Shown here: one piece after another, positions 52,201 to 60,479 of the stretch | How the letters are laid out: each line of letters starts with the position of its first letter | How positions within the stretch are numbered: position 1 is the first letter of the stretch | Source of the DNA: Phoronis australis | Lineage: Eukaryota > Animalia > Phoronida | DNA: 64,000 nt | Direction: 5' to 3' | Assembly (NCBI GenBank): GCA_002633005.1 | Contig: NMRA01000099.1 | Location: 381,086 to 445,085, forward strand | Notes under the pieces: model-generated | Told to the model about the DNA's origin: nothing | The model's database searches: none | Seen by the model: the letters and a program-made list of their open reading frames with translations, nothing else | Made by a program: the position numbers and the translations under genes

Positions 52201-55200
52201 GGCAACAAACTTAACATTTCTTCGTGTTCACAAAGTGTGTGAGGAGGCTATTTCTACAGGAAATTATGTACGGAGTTCTTCATGTGTTCTCATCAACAAT
52301 CATCAGTGCATACGGAAAACGTGGCTTGCTAGATCCAACTAGACAGCATCTTTGTAGTGAACTGGTCAACAAAAAAGAAATTTATTTGGCAACATGGTTG
52401 TTATACACATGTATTTGAAGAATGCCAGTAATGTGCGTCTTTAGGCGCATCGTGTGGTGAGTTTCAAAAAAAAATGCAAAGTAAAGAGGTATTGTGCCAG
52501 CACTTTGAACAATGACCAACAAATACGACTGATCACTCCAAGCAAAAAGGAACGTGAAGGGAACCTGGCAAAACTTCAACAGCTATCCAAAATGCAATAA
52601 TAAATACTTTGAAAAACAAACATCAATGATTGTTAATCAAATGTACAAACATAAATTGAGACTATTAGCACCGTCGGCTGCAAAAAATGGGAACAATACA
52701 ATGGCTAGACATACTAATACTCAGACTGGACCAGCTAGCGGCCACACTGAAAAAGCTATGGTGGACGGGTAAATCTAATGGTCAAAGAAAAAATGCTGTG
52801 CCCTGCACCATCACTATGCACTATATAAACTCAGTCCACTCCCTGCCTGGAACAAAAGCAGCACAAATTTAGTTTGTACCATGTACACAATAATTCTCAT
52901 GCTGATAAATCATTAGACAGTGGGAGCAACTTTCTTGCTCAGCTATGCATTGTGACATAATAGTGAATTTAGTAGACTGGCCAGATCATTTATGCATCCA
53001 GACACTGTACTGTTTCAACCCATCAAACTGAGGAGCAGCACCTTCAGAGACCAAATGTCCAGTTTTCAAATTTATATCACATCCTTGATGGACGTAAAGC
53101 GTGGACTGTCTCTTCTTTAGTCACATCTATATCAAACTGTCTCAGTTTTCCACATTTACGTACTCAGTAACCAGCTCAAATAAGTAACTTTGGACCTTCA
53201 TTCGTCAGGATTAGAATTTTCTTTGACATGACTTTGTCTTCATGATTTTCTTTTCAGATTTGCTTGTCATCTAACAAACTCGTTCAGAAGACTAAGGAAC
53301 TTTGCAATGGTCAGGGCTCGGCATAACGAGCTGCAGGTTGCATTTGGGACCTGAATTTTGGAAATACGAGCTGAGATTTTATCAGCTCGTATCAAGTCGC
53401 AAAATGCGACCTGGAATTCCCAACGTATGAGAGCTGAGTTTTTACACTTCTCGGCAGAAACCTGGCAAATCTATAGCAACTCTTGTTAATCCGATCGTTA
53501 TTTGGTTGATGTCGAATTCAAGTTCAAAAGAACACTAACCGAGAACAGCCCTCCCGAAGACTTGTAAGCAAGTCGCGTGAACATGGGATATGTAGAATTG
53601 ATCTTTGACGCATTTTATTGGCTAACATTTTCGGCCACTTTTGCAAATTTCCGGATTCGCCGAAGAAAGTTTTGGGTACCTGCATAACACGTGATAAAAC
53701 GTCACAAAACTGTGGTGTTTCTACTAATTCTGGAGGGATCAACATACCAATGAAACTTATAGTGGACAAATATATTTATTTTTAGAGTAAGATGTCCTTA
53801 CTACATGCACCAAATATCCACGACAATATTAATGATATCGCCATACCGTGAATAATGCACTAACAAGGAAGTCACGCATTTCTAAAGATATGCGGGAATT
53901 TTCACCGCTCATCCTTCTGAGCGGCTTGTACCAGGATCAAAGAGAGTGCGGCACCGGAATCAGGTACAATTGTCACGACTGCATTGCCCGATGCGAGCGA
54001 GACCCAATTAAATGTAATTATCCGAACATAAACTGTACTAAACATCTCTGACTGCACATAATGGTGAAGTTTCAAAATGCATTAACCACTAATTTTTGTT
54101 ATAAACAAACACCACGGCAGTAATCAGCTGGAAAAAAACAACCAAGTATGGTTTTCGATTTTTAAAAATCGATGAACTAATAATCTAACAAGAGCAACGC
54201 GGAGCGTTGAAATGCGCCCACAATTGCACCGCATACGGTATCCTTCTAGGGTTGTTTATTGGTACCATAAAGTGGCCAGTAGAGGGCATACTTTGCAAAA
54301 TGGAAAGGCATGGTCATTGTCTCCTCAATAGGCTAGGGGCAAAATGTGAGTAATCTTCATAATACAAGCACATCCTATACACCAGTTGCTTAAAGCACCA
54401 CAGAAACATAGAATTAAAAACAAATTTACCAACATACGAGATTAGCACAGCATTAGAATGCCAGAAACAAATTTCTACTTGGAACTTTTCCTTCACAGTC
54501 ACGAAGTAACACAAAGTATACACCTGAAGACCTATGAAAATACAGAGGTCAATGTAAAATACTAAAATTGCCACTAGAGGCAAATACTAAAATTGCCACT
54601 AGAGGCATACCGGTAATCAGAATCATCCTAAAGTCGTCATCGTCCGTTGTCAACATCACATAAATACACTTGCTAAATTTAGTAAAGATCCTGCAAACGG
54701 TTTGGGAGATACAGCCATGGGCGCAAAAAAACAAAACTGCCACTAGGAGGCGCCACAGTAGTCCAAATCGTCTGAAAATCATTGTCAGCTGTCTTCCTTA
54801 TAGTAAGCACATACACGCCAATTTTCACAATCATCCTTTGAGCGGTTTGGTTGATAGAGGGGTGGACGCAAAAATACAGACTCGAAAACAGTAAAAATGG
54901 CCACTAGGTGGCGCAAACTACGTCGAATCCATCTGAAAACAGTAGGATAGCGTCATCTCACTAATAGGTGCCTACATACCAAATTTCATGAAAATCCGTT
55001 CAATACTTTTGAAGATACAAAGGTAAGCGTAAAAAACTAAAATTGCCACTAGGGGGCACACCGGTAGTCGGATCCGACCAAAAGTCGTCATCTTCCATTG
55101 TTAACATCATATAAATATACTTACACAATTTGTAAAGATCCTGCGAACGGTTTAGGAGATACAGCCATAGGCGCAAAAAAACAAAACTGCCACTAGGAGG

Positions 55201-58200
55201 CGCCACAGTAGTCGAAATCGTCGGAAAATCATCGTCAACCATCCTCTACATAGTAAGCATATACATGCCAATTTTCACAATCATCCTTTGAGCGGTTTGG
55301 TTGATAGAGGGGTGGACGCACAAAAACAGACTCGAAAACACTAAAAATGGCCACTAGGTGGCGCAAACTATGTCGAATCCATCTGAAAACGGGAAGATAG
55401 CGTCATCTCACTAATAGGTGCCTACATACCAAATTTCATGAAAATCCAATAAGGACTTGTGAAGATACAAAGGTAAGCGTAAAAAAAATAAAATTGCCAC
55501 TAGGGGGCACACCGGTAGTCGGATCCGTCCAAAAGTCGTCATCTTTCGTTGTTAACATCATATAAATATACTTACACAATTTCGTAAAGATCCTGCGAAC
55601 GGTTTAGGAGATACAGCCATAGGCGCAAAAAAAACAAAACTGCCACTAGGAGGCGCCACAGTAGTCGAAATCGTCGGAAAATCATCGTCAACCATTCATT
55701 TTTTATTATTCTTTCAATCTCATTTAACCAGATTTTTGATCAGGAAACAGTTGTTGTGTCCACTTTTCATTTTTTTATTACCGACAAAGAGCTAAGAATA
55801 GTTATATAGTCAGTGCCACCGAAATTGTCCAGAGATTCCAAATCTTCAGTTCGGTTATCACCATATTTGCACTTTTGTATAACATTTTATGATTTGAGTT
55901 CTAATAAAGATTAAACTTTAATGACACATGAAATGTTTAGCGTACCTGCAATGTGATAAGTTTAGGGACGGGCTCACAATGAACTTAACAAATTAAGTTT
56001 AGCTGGCGATTAAAATCTACCATTGTTTTGGTACTGCAAGTTTAAAACTCAGATAAAAAGTTATCAACCAGTTCCCGTAAAGCAAAAAAAAACAAGTGGG
56101 CAGAAGCATTAAAAATTAAATAAATAAAACCAATATGAAACTTATCGTTCCTTTGGGAAGTGGCCCTTTGTGAAGATAAACACAAGTTAACCTGTTTAGT
56201 CATTTTGTAATATTTATAATGTTAAAACTACTCTCCAGAGTTGCAGGCTGTAACTCTGCAAATGTCAGAGAAAACGAACTTGGGGGTACTAACAACAACC
56301 ATTGTTGAGAAAGTAATGCTAGCTATTACCTTTCCACTTCATTAGCTCTTTATTCTTCATCAATACAAAGGACGTGCTGACTAGGTATTGTAAAAGTTGT
56401 CTGGGCTTAGGGATCAGAGTGGTCACTAGTGTAGGCAAGAAATTCTCCACATGGCACTGTGGCACTGGTCGGTCCTGTTGTTAGCACGCAAGCGGTCTCG
56501 GAAGACAATCGTGACTTAGCAATGTGCGTCTCATTTTTTATCACATACCGTTAAGACGGCCAAAGTGAAAATCACAATGATCCTATTAATCGCCAAACGA
56601 CAGCCACGTCTTTACTTTCAATTGCCAAGACAGTCTCAAACCCCTTTACTTGTTTCAGGGGCTACGTGCACGAAATATGATTTGTCTTACACACATTGTT
56701 GCCAATGTAAAGTGTAGAGATTCAAGTGCGTGAACGCACGCGTCTGCACCACTTCACAGCTGCACATCAAAAGAGAACAGCGACAGTCCCAAATGAAAGC
56801 CCAAATGAAAGAGTACACCGGCTTGGCTCAGGTAAGCACCCGGGTACATGCCAGTGGTTTATTTGAAAATGACTCATAGATTCCCTGCGGTTATAAAAGA
56901 CCCGATGCTTTACAATACTCCCCGGGACCGATATAGCCCAGAACTGATATAACCCAGAGCTGATATTTTCCTGTGACGTTTCCCGAGGTCGAGGCTCCCT
57001 AAACCCTATATTCTATGCCCGTAGCTAGCCATTGCTACTAAGCCTAACTAGATGCAAAATTGTGGTTAGCGAACTTTTTATTCTCTTCATACACCCTCCC
57101 CCAGCAACTTTTCGCTCCCCGGACCACCATCTCCAGTAGCAGGTCAGACCTAGCAAAATCGTGGATACTTTTTCAACGGGCATTTAGTCCCTTTTCACAT
57201 TGCAAACTTAGCAACTCGAATGCACGTGTCAGTTAGAGAGCACTGATTAATTTCACGTCGGCAACTTGCCTTGCACTTTAGAGCCTTTCATTGGTGTTCG
57301 TGAAGAACAGTAACGCCGTTCCTGCATGAACGAACTCAATTTTGAGATCTGCAATTTGTGAGTATTTAACACTTCTAGGTCGCAAAATGAGACCTGGCGA
57401 TTTTGATAGCGTCGAGCCCTGATGGTACAGATTATCTTCTCACTGGATTCGCAATTTTCCTCGCCCTACCTTAGCTCACTGACGATAAATATGTGTTCTA
57501 CATCAGTCATGCGTGCTTGCAGTACACAACAAAGTTGTATAGGTGACCGGGACAAATACCGGGGATTTCCGTAGATAAGCCCACTCTTTCAATTATTCGG
57601 AAAATTATGCCTAATTATTTGTCTTCCAACTTCTGTTGTCAAATGACCAGATAGTGGGCGAGTTTATTTGGAAAATTTCCTCCTAAAAGCCCACTATGCG
57701 TCAACTTTTAGTCACAAATTCAGTTTTGTGGAGCATTTATCAATTTTAAAAACGAACAAAGTGCTGGCAAACTATGCATATATTAACATAAAATTTAAAA
57801 ACGATACAAATTTTTAAGTAAAAAATGTCAGTCAGGAAACCTATGACTTTCCGTTTACACGCACTCCTCTTTTCCAAATGAACACCCGGATGTTTATTTG
57901 GTGTAACTAAGACGTCTAAAATTTTTCATTTTCCGAAAACACGCCCACGGGCTTATCTATGGAAATTCTGCGGTAACAAAATCCAGCTCTTGTTGCATAA
58001 CTTGATGACTTCCTCTGCTAAGTACGACAGGCCACATCACGTTCTTTAACTTTCAAGCTCCTCAAATGTCTAATTGCATCGCATATACATGTCTAAGTGT
58101 TATTTTTAAAATTGTCTCTTTCAATAATTCGGGAAATATAACACATTCAATGCCACTGGCAGGGCAAGATAAATTAGCAAACCTGCGTTTAAGATCAGTA

Positions 58201-59901
58201 AGCATTCATCTGAAGTATTTTTGCCATAATTTAGTACTGAATGGCATCCCAGGATGGCAAGTTTCATATTTCAATAGGCCCTGTATAGTCTACCTGTTTG
58301 TGTCCCCAGTAGATTACAAATTACATCGAAGCCAGTTCTGTTAATCTCTGTGAAATATTCATGGCACTCATAGCTCAGATTAAATGAATTTACGGGATTG
58401 ACAAATATACACAATGTAGGGTCTGAAAGGAGAGAATTTGACACCTTCTCCCAAGAATGCAGGAACAGGTGCCAATGTTTTTGCCTCTATTTTAAGGTTG
58501 TGGGTTTGTCTACACGTCCATACAACTATTTCTAGTTGTTTGTGGTGGCAGATGAGGTATTAGGTTATAAGGTAATACCTGTTTTTCAAGTGCATGTCAT
58601 GTACCTCCAAGAGTCCCGGGGTTGTCATGGTAACTGATTTTCAAGTGTGAGTGATATAGGTCATGTACATACCGCATGACATCAAAGTTGTTGAAATAGA
58701 AGGTGCACCAGTAAATAGGAAAATGACCCATTGCGTATCAAGAAATCACGGCAATTTGCCCCCAAGGACGGAGGCTACCCTGGTATCTCCTAAACCACTG
58801 GCCTGTGTGGTGCCGTACTCTACCCGCTTTCTCTCAACCCTAATGTGATGTCAAACAAAACATGGTTTGAATGGTTAACTTCCCACCTTACGACTTGTTG
58901 GCTGTAACGTGACCATTGGATCCATGGACTGGTACTTAACTATTTTGTTCAAGGTTGGAGCTTATACCAAATTTTAGAAATATGCAATATGGACAGCCCT
59001 TAATTCATAAATTATGATCAACCACAAACCATCTTTCACCCGTATTACAAGCTATGGAGATATTTTATTTCTGAAATTTTATGGTCTGCAAATTCATTTC
59101 CAGACTCTGTTGATACAAAATGCAGTGTCCCATATTTGGGAAATACAACGAATGCCAAAAGTGTCCATTTCCCAATCTTCAAAGTTCACACTCAAGAAAA
59201 CTCAATTTCAGCTTGAATTTCGGTGTCCCAAATTTTACAGAATTTCCCAAACTAGAGATTTTTAACCATACTCCAGCCAAAAGCCTGGAGACAAGTAAGC
59301 TATCCACTTCCTGACATACCGCAGTGCCCCCTATTTTACCCACAATGCAGTATGTCAGCACTGCTCTCAACCCACAGTAATACACTGTTGCTGTGCTAAT
59401 CACTATTTTGCATTGAGAATAACTTTAAGAATTTAAGAAATGGTAAGTGAGCTCATAGTAGGCACTACCAATTGATCACTGATTTCAAGTAAGGGTATTC
59501 AAACTGACCAGTAATATGGCACAGATGAAACCATGAACACTACTCCCAATATCTTAAATACCATGTTGCACAACAGAATTTCGTAATTTGCAAAGCAATC
59601 AGACTGAAATTCATCATTAACTTGATATTTAACATTCTGTCAAAAATTCGTCTTCAATTTCGTTAAAAACTCGTCATCATTTCCCTTTCTTTCGTCAACA
59701 GGCAATTTGGAATCATCACTTCTGTTAAAGGCATGCACTCAAACACTTCATAACACTGTGACATGGCAGAAGGGCACTTACTTTGCATTTTCCACGAGAT
59801 AATCGATGATTTTATCCAGGACTTTTTCAAACAATGCCACACGTATCCACAAGTACTTGATATTCGGCTGCAGAGTCTGTAGCTTCTTGGGCTGCTGGTT
59901 C
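9739..59901 (-). CDS. SGSM1: Small G protein signaling modulator (SGSM1/2, RUTBC): RUN + PH-like + split TBC Rab-GAP; 17 coding exons in window, 5'-incomplete
   Basis: The spliced translation matches SGSM motifs: [137 protein letters not shown]. All junctions are GT-AG and phase-compatible. Probably the single invertebrate pro-ortholog of SGSM1 and SGSM2. Confidence 0.95.
10731..10898 (-). CDS. SGSM1: SGSM exon, TBC C-terminal part ([16 protein letters not shown]...DIIKFFN)
   Basis: Acceptor cag|, donor |gtaatg, phases 1/1. Confidence 0.92.
11591..11687 (-). CDS. SGSM1: SGSM exon ([32 protein letters not shown]), haplotype A
   Basis: cag| and |gtctgt boundaries; TBC motif [10 protein letters not shown]. 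Confidence 0.9.
11903..12012 (-). CDS. SGSM1: SGSM exon ([14 protein letters not shown]...NMRSLIQ), haplotype A
   Basis: cag| and |gtgaga boundaries; TBC homology. Confidence 0.9.
12483..12565 (-). CDS. SGSM1: SGSM exon ([27 protein letters not shown]) with the TBC glutamine finger, haplotype A
   Basis: tag| and |gtgagt boundaries; YxQ motif. Confidence 0.9.
13183..13439. mobile_element. Left end of a Kolobok-like insertion (haplotype A only)
   Basis: Follows TTAA (13179-13182), begins AGTCCTT and runs to the N at 13440. Absent from the allelic empty site at 15454-15457. Confidence 0.65.
13869..13965 (-). CDS. SGSM1: Allelic copy of SGSM exon 11591-11687
   Basis: Same translation and splice sites. 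Confidence 0.7.
14181..14290 (-). CDS. SGSM1: Allelic copy of SGSM exon 11903-12012
   Basis: Same translation, with synonymous changes (GCC/GCT, ACA/ACG). Confidence 0.7.
14764..14846 (-). CDS. SGSM1: Allelic copy of SGSM exon 12483-12565
   Basis: Same translation and splice sites. Confidence 0.7.
15401..15476 (-). repeat. tRNA-derived SINE head / tRNA pseudogene (intact allele; split by the insertion in haplotype A at 13126-13182 and 16338-16360)
   Basis: Minus strand reads GGCAGTGTGATTTACTGGCTTAAG...GGGTTCGAGTCCCACTGGGGCA, with A-box-like and B-box (GTTCGAGTCC) motifs but no clean cloverleaf. Confidence 0.55.
15489..15613 (-). CDS. SGSM1: Allelic copy of SGSM exon 16373-16497
   Basis: Same translation; synonymous GAC/GAT difference. 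Confidence 0.7.
16178..16337. mobile_element. Right end of the Kolobok-like insertion (haplotype A)
   Basis: Ends AAGGACT (inverse of AGTCCTT), followed by the duplicated TTAA at 16338-16341, after which host sequence resumes. Confidence 0.65.
16373..16497 (-). CDS. SGSM1: SGSM exon ([25 protein letters not shown]...NIMCT) with the TBC arginine finger
   Basis: cag| and |gtaagt boundaries; IxxDxxR motif. Confidence 0.92.
16979..17704 (-). CDS. SGSM1: SGSM large exon (VWPYLLGHY plus the acidic low-complexity TBC insertion to NGGIYT)
   Basis: 726 nt, phase 0/0, cag| and |gtaagt boundaries. Confidence 0.92.
17806..18750 (-). mobile_element. Diverged Helentron/DINE-1-like element with CCACTAGG-containing tandem subunits
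   Basis: Starts with AAAGAGCAACG..TTGATATGCACC, like 20253 and 54187. Motif copies near 18057, 18211, 18496 and 18623. Confidence 0.55.
18853..19067 (-). CDS. SGSM1: SGSM exon ([19 protein letters not shown]...[10 protein letters not shown])
   Basis: cag| and |gtgaat boundaries; start of the TBC domain. Confidence 0.92.
19523..19768 (-). CDS. SGSM1: SGSM exon ([10 protein letters not shown]...[16 protein letters not shown])
   Basis: cag| and |gtatgt boundaries; conserved LCxxMKxQIxSRAFYGW. Confidence 0.88.
20253..21927 (-). mobile_element. Complete non-autonomous Helentron (HINE/DINE-1-like) with ten ~135-160-bp internal tandem subunits
   Basis: Subterminal IRs GCGCCCACA (20280-20288) and TGTGGGCGC (21907-21915). 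Also a terminal hairpin CAACGC-GGA-GCATTG, a partial IR and a (GACG)-like microsatellite near 21857-21900, and A/T-run flanks. Confidence 0.75.
22131..22259 (-). CDS. SGSM1: SGSM exon (KVFPKLKRK...[17 protein letters not shown])
   Basis: tag| and |gtgagt boundaries; conserved GKVFPKL and DYVFRI. Confidence 0.92.
22600..23071. mobile_element. Right end of a TACCGTA-type DNA transposon remnant (left boundary uncertain)
   Basis: Ends GGGGTGCGCTTATAGGGGCATGGGTGGTTATTACGGCGAATACGGCA, whose reverse complement resembles the terminus at 31236. Confidence 0.35.
23272..23487. mobile_element. 216-bp hAT-like MITE with 5-bp TSD
   Basis: TIRs CAGTGGTGGAT / ATCCGCCCCTG; ATAAC duplicated at 23267-23271 and 23488-23492. 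Confidence 0.75.
27786..29384 (+). CDS. Nested antisense gene 1: uncharacterised multi-pass membrane protein (532 aa, about 8-9 predicted TM segments), single coding exon
   Basis: Uninterrupted 1.6-kb ORF in AT-rich DNA. The ATG sits just after the strong acceptor tttttttcattctttcag|. It has a hydrophilic N-terminus of about 135 aa followed by many hydrophobic stretches, and AATAAA at 29554 and 29863. Confidence 0.85.
   Translation: MPVKKIHVEHSDELPANVVTVRTTKKIIRRVPKDKGDSFKATDTNPNGEESSNPVTNTDTLKQIGVLKGTNARVSQKTRVTKTTTVRKHRVSESKLTNWVAVDTTQRMSHQDNVAQVTTGRAVAIQITEKPLSQIWNRLNRIIPQMLFGFNLIVSVIDISLDPTFLHFKIPALIISVLENVILAGTWFFKNTSYYKNADDYKKKSLDKQFQYLENIIQEVLMYPSIMCTTFSIVVGRTYNPNTPQATLELILLTFDVMALTYIYGIRIYMARKIMLSIRKQINTAHECLLCHITTRFFIVLIFNSVLFGALLGMLALQIHTENSTAATANYSCSGWTVVMILGTLVLPLTGVALFCVANYYWLLEMFISINLNVSKSNDEIYNTAEEVEAPVTKTILEYTLKNTDATKDRLEDIQKTSRSQKYFYPLNEWKCCIILILYTGFACLYGVAFNANFYTFGTPLRFLCVLFVGICNYQVASLVLVMIVYTGANLISWLAHKCGCQSSDPNEPLPSYDDDNDRLPGSYQRQMTEVA
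31236..31624. mobile_element. Left end of a DNA transposon with subterminal TAACCGCCCAC repeats, running into the gap
   Basis: Starts TACCGTAATCG, with about 7 copies of TTAA(C/G)CGCCCA at 31252-31425. Confidence 0.5.
31625..32444. other. Assembly gap (820 N)
   Basis: Run of N. Confidence 0.99.
32446..33333 (+). CDS. Nested antisense gene 2 (3' part, 295 aa visible): paralog of 27786-29384 with a long Ser-rich C-terminal tail
   Basis: The open frame emerges from the gap and aligns by eye to gene 1: LEMxIxINL, (I/L)(D/E)Y..(E/K)NT..T..RL.DI, SQ...Y.L.EW, N.QV. Confidence 0.8.
   Translation, partial: LEMLIKINLFVIQEEKFRKDLEDEYGAFVEGVIDYASENTMSTPARLRDIELVPLSQRILYALKEWWILLLVFAWSTLIIMFAVLFDKTANPEMNYALTAVFIILVLLSNLQVTIIAIIANGVMLVVLFAVMLYGICKQRGHLKTTKLTTMPGEKVPNNEEIKINRPEYVDIQMDDYPNSGGRQGTAMTRDSSDTTSTQESVGNSRSVSAVTKSRILQSLNSSRSQSLAPSVPSESECLPNSAETKAELTRTASSKTKDSVLQSLNSQRVHSRQSHSGSVHVAAPADDPQVDLVE
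35230..35870. repeat. Dispersed repeat with AAACTC/GAGTTT-rich motifs; inverted relative at about 47185-47770 and a possible third copy at about 61935-62260
   Basis: The reverse complement of 35830-35870 (CCAAAATCTAATCTCTAAACTCAAAGTCAAACTCAAA) resembles 47187-47225. Boundaries are approximate. Confidence 0.4.
35947..36111 (-). CDS. SGSM1: SGSM exon ([16 protein letters not shown]...PPLWSQKGK)
   Basis: cag| and |gtgagt boundaries; conserved PH-like region. Confidence 0.93.
36520..37390. mobile_element. Diverged tandem-subunit element related to 17806-18750
   Basis: Repeated ctctgtgtcaagtttcatt and aaatcgactgg blocks, plus GCCACTAG motifs near 36632 and 37101. Confidence 0.55.
37605..37672 (-). 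CDS. SGSM1: SGSM exon ([22 protein letters not shown])
   Basis: cag| and |gtaagt boundaries, phases 2/1; conserved WDYA and HCHQQ. Confidence 0.92.
38795..38900. repeat. Perfect 52-bp tandem duplication
   Basis: ttatttcatctaacaggcagcatatatcaaatagtataatgtacatgaattg present twice. Confidence 0.85.
39041..39996 (+). mobile_element. 5'-truncated L1/Tx1-clade LINE (ORF2 C-terminus with zf-RVT, 3'UTR, poly-A tail) with 31-bp TSD
   Basis: Open frame to 39868 with [14 protein letters not shown]...[10 protein letters not shown]; AATAAA then an A tail near 39989. AAATGCTACCATGAGCCAAGCTTTGAAACTG occurs at 39010-39040 and 39997-40027. Confidence 0.9.
41133..41195 (-). repeat. Decayed copy of the tRNA-derived SINE head
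   Basis: aatgtggcccagtggaactcaaacccacgac resembles 15401-15431. Confidence 0.45.
41662..41740. repeat. 15-bp minisatellite (AGTCGTAGCAAAGAC) x5
   Basis: Directly visible tandem copies. Confidence 0.9.
43815..44330. repeat. 22-bp minisatellite (GACGATAAATGACGATGAGGCT), about 23 copies
   Basis: Directly visible. Unit variants drift along the array, with shorter GATAAGGCT units at the right end. Confidence 0.92.
45681..45814 (-). CDS. SGSM1: SGSM exon ([15 protein letters not shown]...[11 protein letters not shown]...VDR)
   Basis: cag| and |gtaaac boundaries; conserved motif; not in the ORF track. Confidence 0.92.
48062..48208 (-). CDS. SGSM1: SGSM exon (VFQRRS...[27 protein letters not shown])
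   Basis: tag| and |gtgaga boundaries, 147 nt; conserved [15 protein letters not shown]. Confidence 0.92.
48317..49887. other. Second allelic duplication: 48317-48950 repeated at 49198-49887 across the N at 49197
   Basis: Near-identical blocks on either side of a contig join; 48951-49196 occurs in the first copy only. Confidence 0.75.
49198..49272. repeat. (TG)n microsatellite
   Basis: About 37 TG units, compared with a short interrupted tract at 48317-48355 in the other copy. Confidence 0.95.
50014..50177 (-). CDS. SGSM1: SGSM exon ([32 protein letters not shown]...PGLQ)
   Basis: tag| and |gtagtt boundaries; highly conserved motif. Confidence 0.93.
50910..50977 (-). CDS. SGSM1: SGSM RUN-domain exon ([22 protein letters not shown])
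   Basis: cag| and |gtatgt boundaries, 68 nt, phases 2/1 fit both neighbours. Confidence 0.9.
51080..51295. mobile_element. Remnant right end of a hAT-like element related to 53312-57421
   Basis: Ends GTGTCGAGCTCTG, with internal GGTGACCTGG / CCAGGTCACC inverted motifs. Left end not found. Confidence 0.35.
53312..57421. mobile_element. 4.1-kb non-autonomous hAT-like element with 5-bp TSD, containing a nested Helentron
   Basis: TIRs CAGGGCTCG / CGAGCCCTG; ATGGT duplicated at 53307-53311 and 57422-57426. GTCGCAAAATG(C/A)GACCTGG occurs near both ends. No transposase ORF. Confidence 0.75.
54187..55693 (-). mobile_element. Truncated Helentron/DINE-1-like element, same family as 20253-21927, with a ~450-bp higher-order repeat
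   Basis: Perfect hairpin CAACGC-GGA-GCGTTG (54195-54209) and subterminal IR GCGCCCACA (54214-54222). Three-subunit repeat with about 144/161/145-bp spacing. Confidence 0.75.
57557..57975. mobile_element. MITE with ~25-bp TIRs and TA flanks
   Basis: TACCGGGGATTTCCGTAGATAAGCCC at the left and GGGCTTATCTATGGAAATTCTGCGGTA at the right; second copy at 60044. Confidence 0.75.
59782..59901 (-). CDS. SGSM1: SGSM RUN-domain exon ([39 protein letters not shown]); acceptor could instead be at 59927 or 59968
   Basis: Donor |gtaagt in phase 2 fits the exon starting at 50977; RUN motif WIRxALxEKxL. Confidence 0.85.
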
Positions 59902-60043
59902 CTGTTATTGTCCAGAGACAGAGACACCTGAGAGATCTGCTTCCTATAAAGAGTCAGAACACGCTCCACTGTAACACTATGTAGCTATAATCCTCTCCAC
60001 ACCGCTAACCACAGTTAGTAACACAACAATATAGAATCTCAAA

Positions 60044-60479
60044 ACCGGGGTTTTCCGTAGATAAGCCCACCTGATGAAACACCCATGGCTGTTTATTCGG
60101 AAAATTATGCTAAATACATGCCTATGGGCATTTATTTGGTGTTACAACAGGTGGTGTCAAGTGTCCAGACAGTGGGACGTGTATTTGGAAATGTTCCTCT
60201 TAAAAGCCCACTCAGCGTCAACTTTTTGTAACAAATTCAGTTCTGTGGAGCATTTAACATTTATAAAAATGAACAAGGCATTGGCGAACTATGAATTTAT
60301 TAACAAAAAAACTTAGTTTTAAGTTAAACATTGTCAAGTCAAGCAAAACTATGGTTTTCCGTTTACACGCACCTCTTTCCAAATGAACGCCCGGATGTTT
60401 ATTTGGTGTTGCTAAAACGCCTGAAAATTTTCATTTTCCGAATACACGGCCATCGGCTTATCTATGGAAATTCCCGGTA
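60044..60479. mobile_element. Second copy of the MITE at 57557-57975
   Basis: Same TIRs and collinear interior. Confidence 0.75.
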
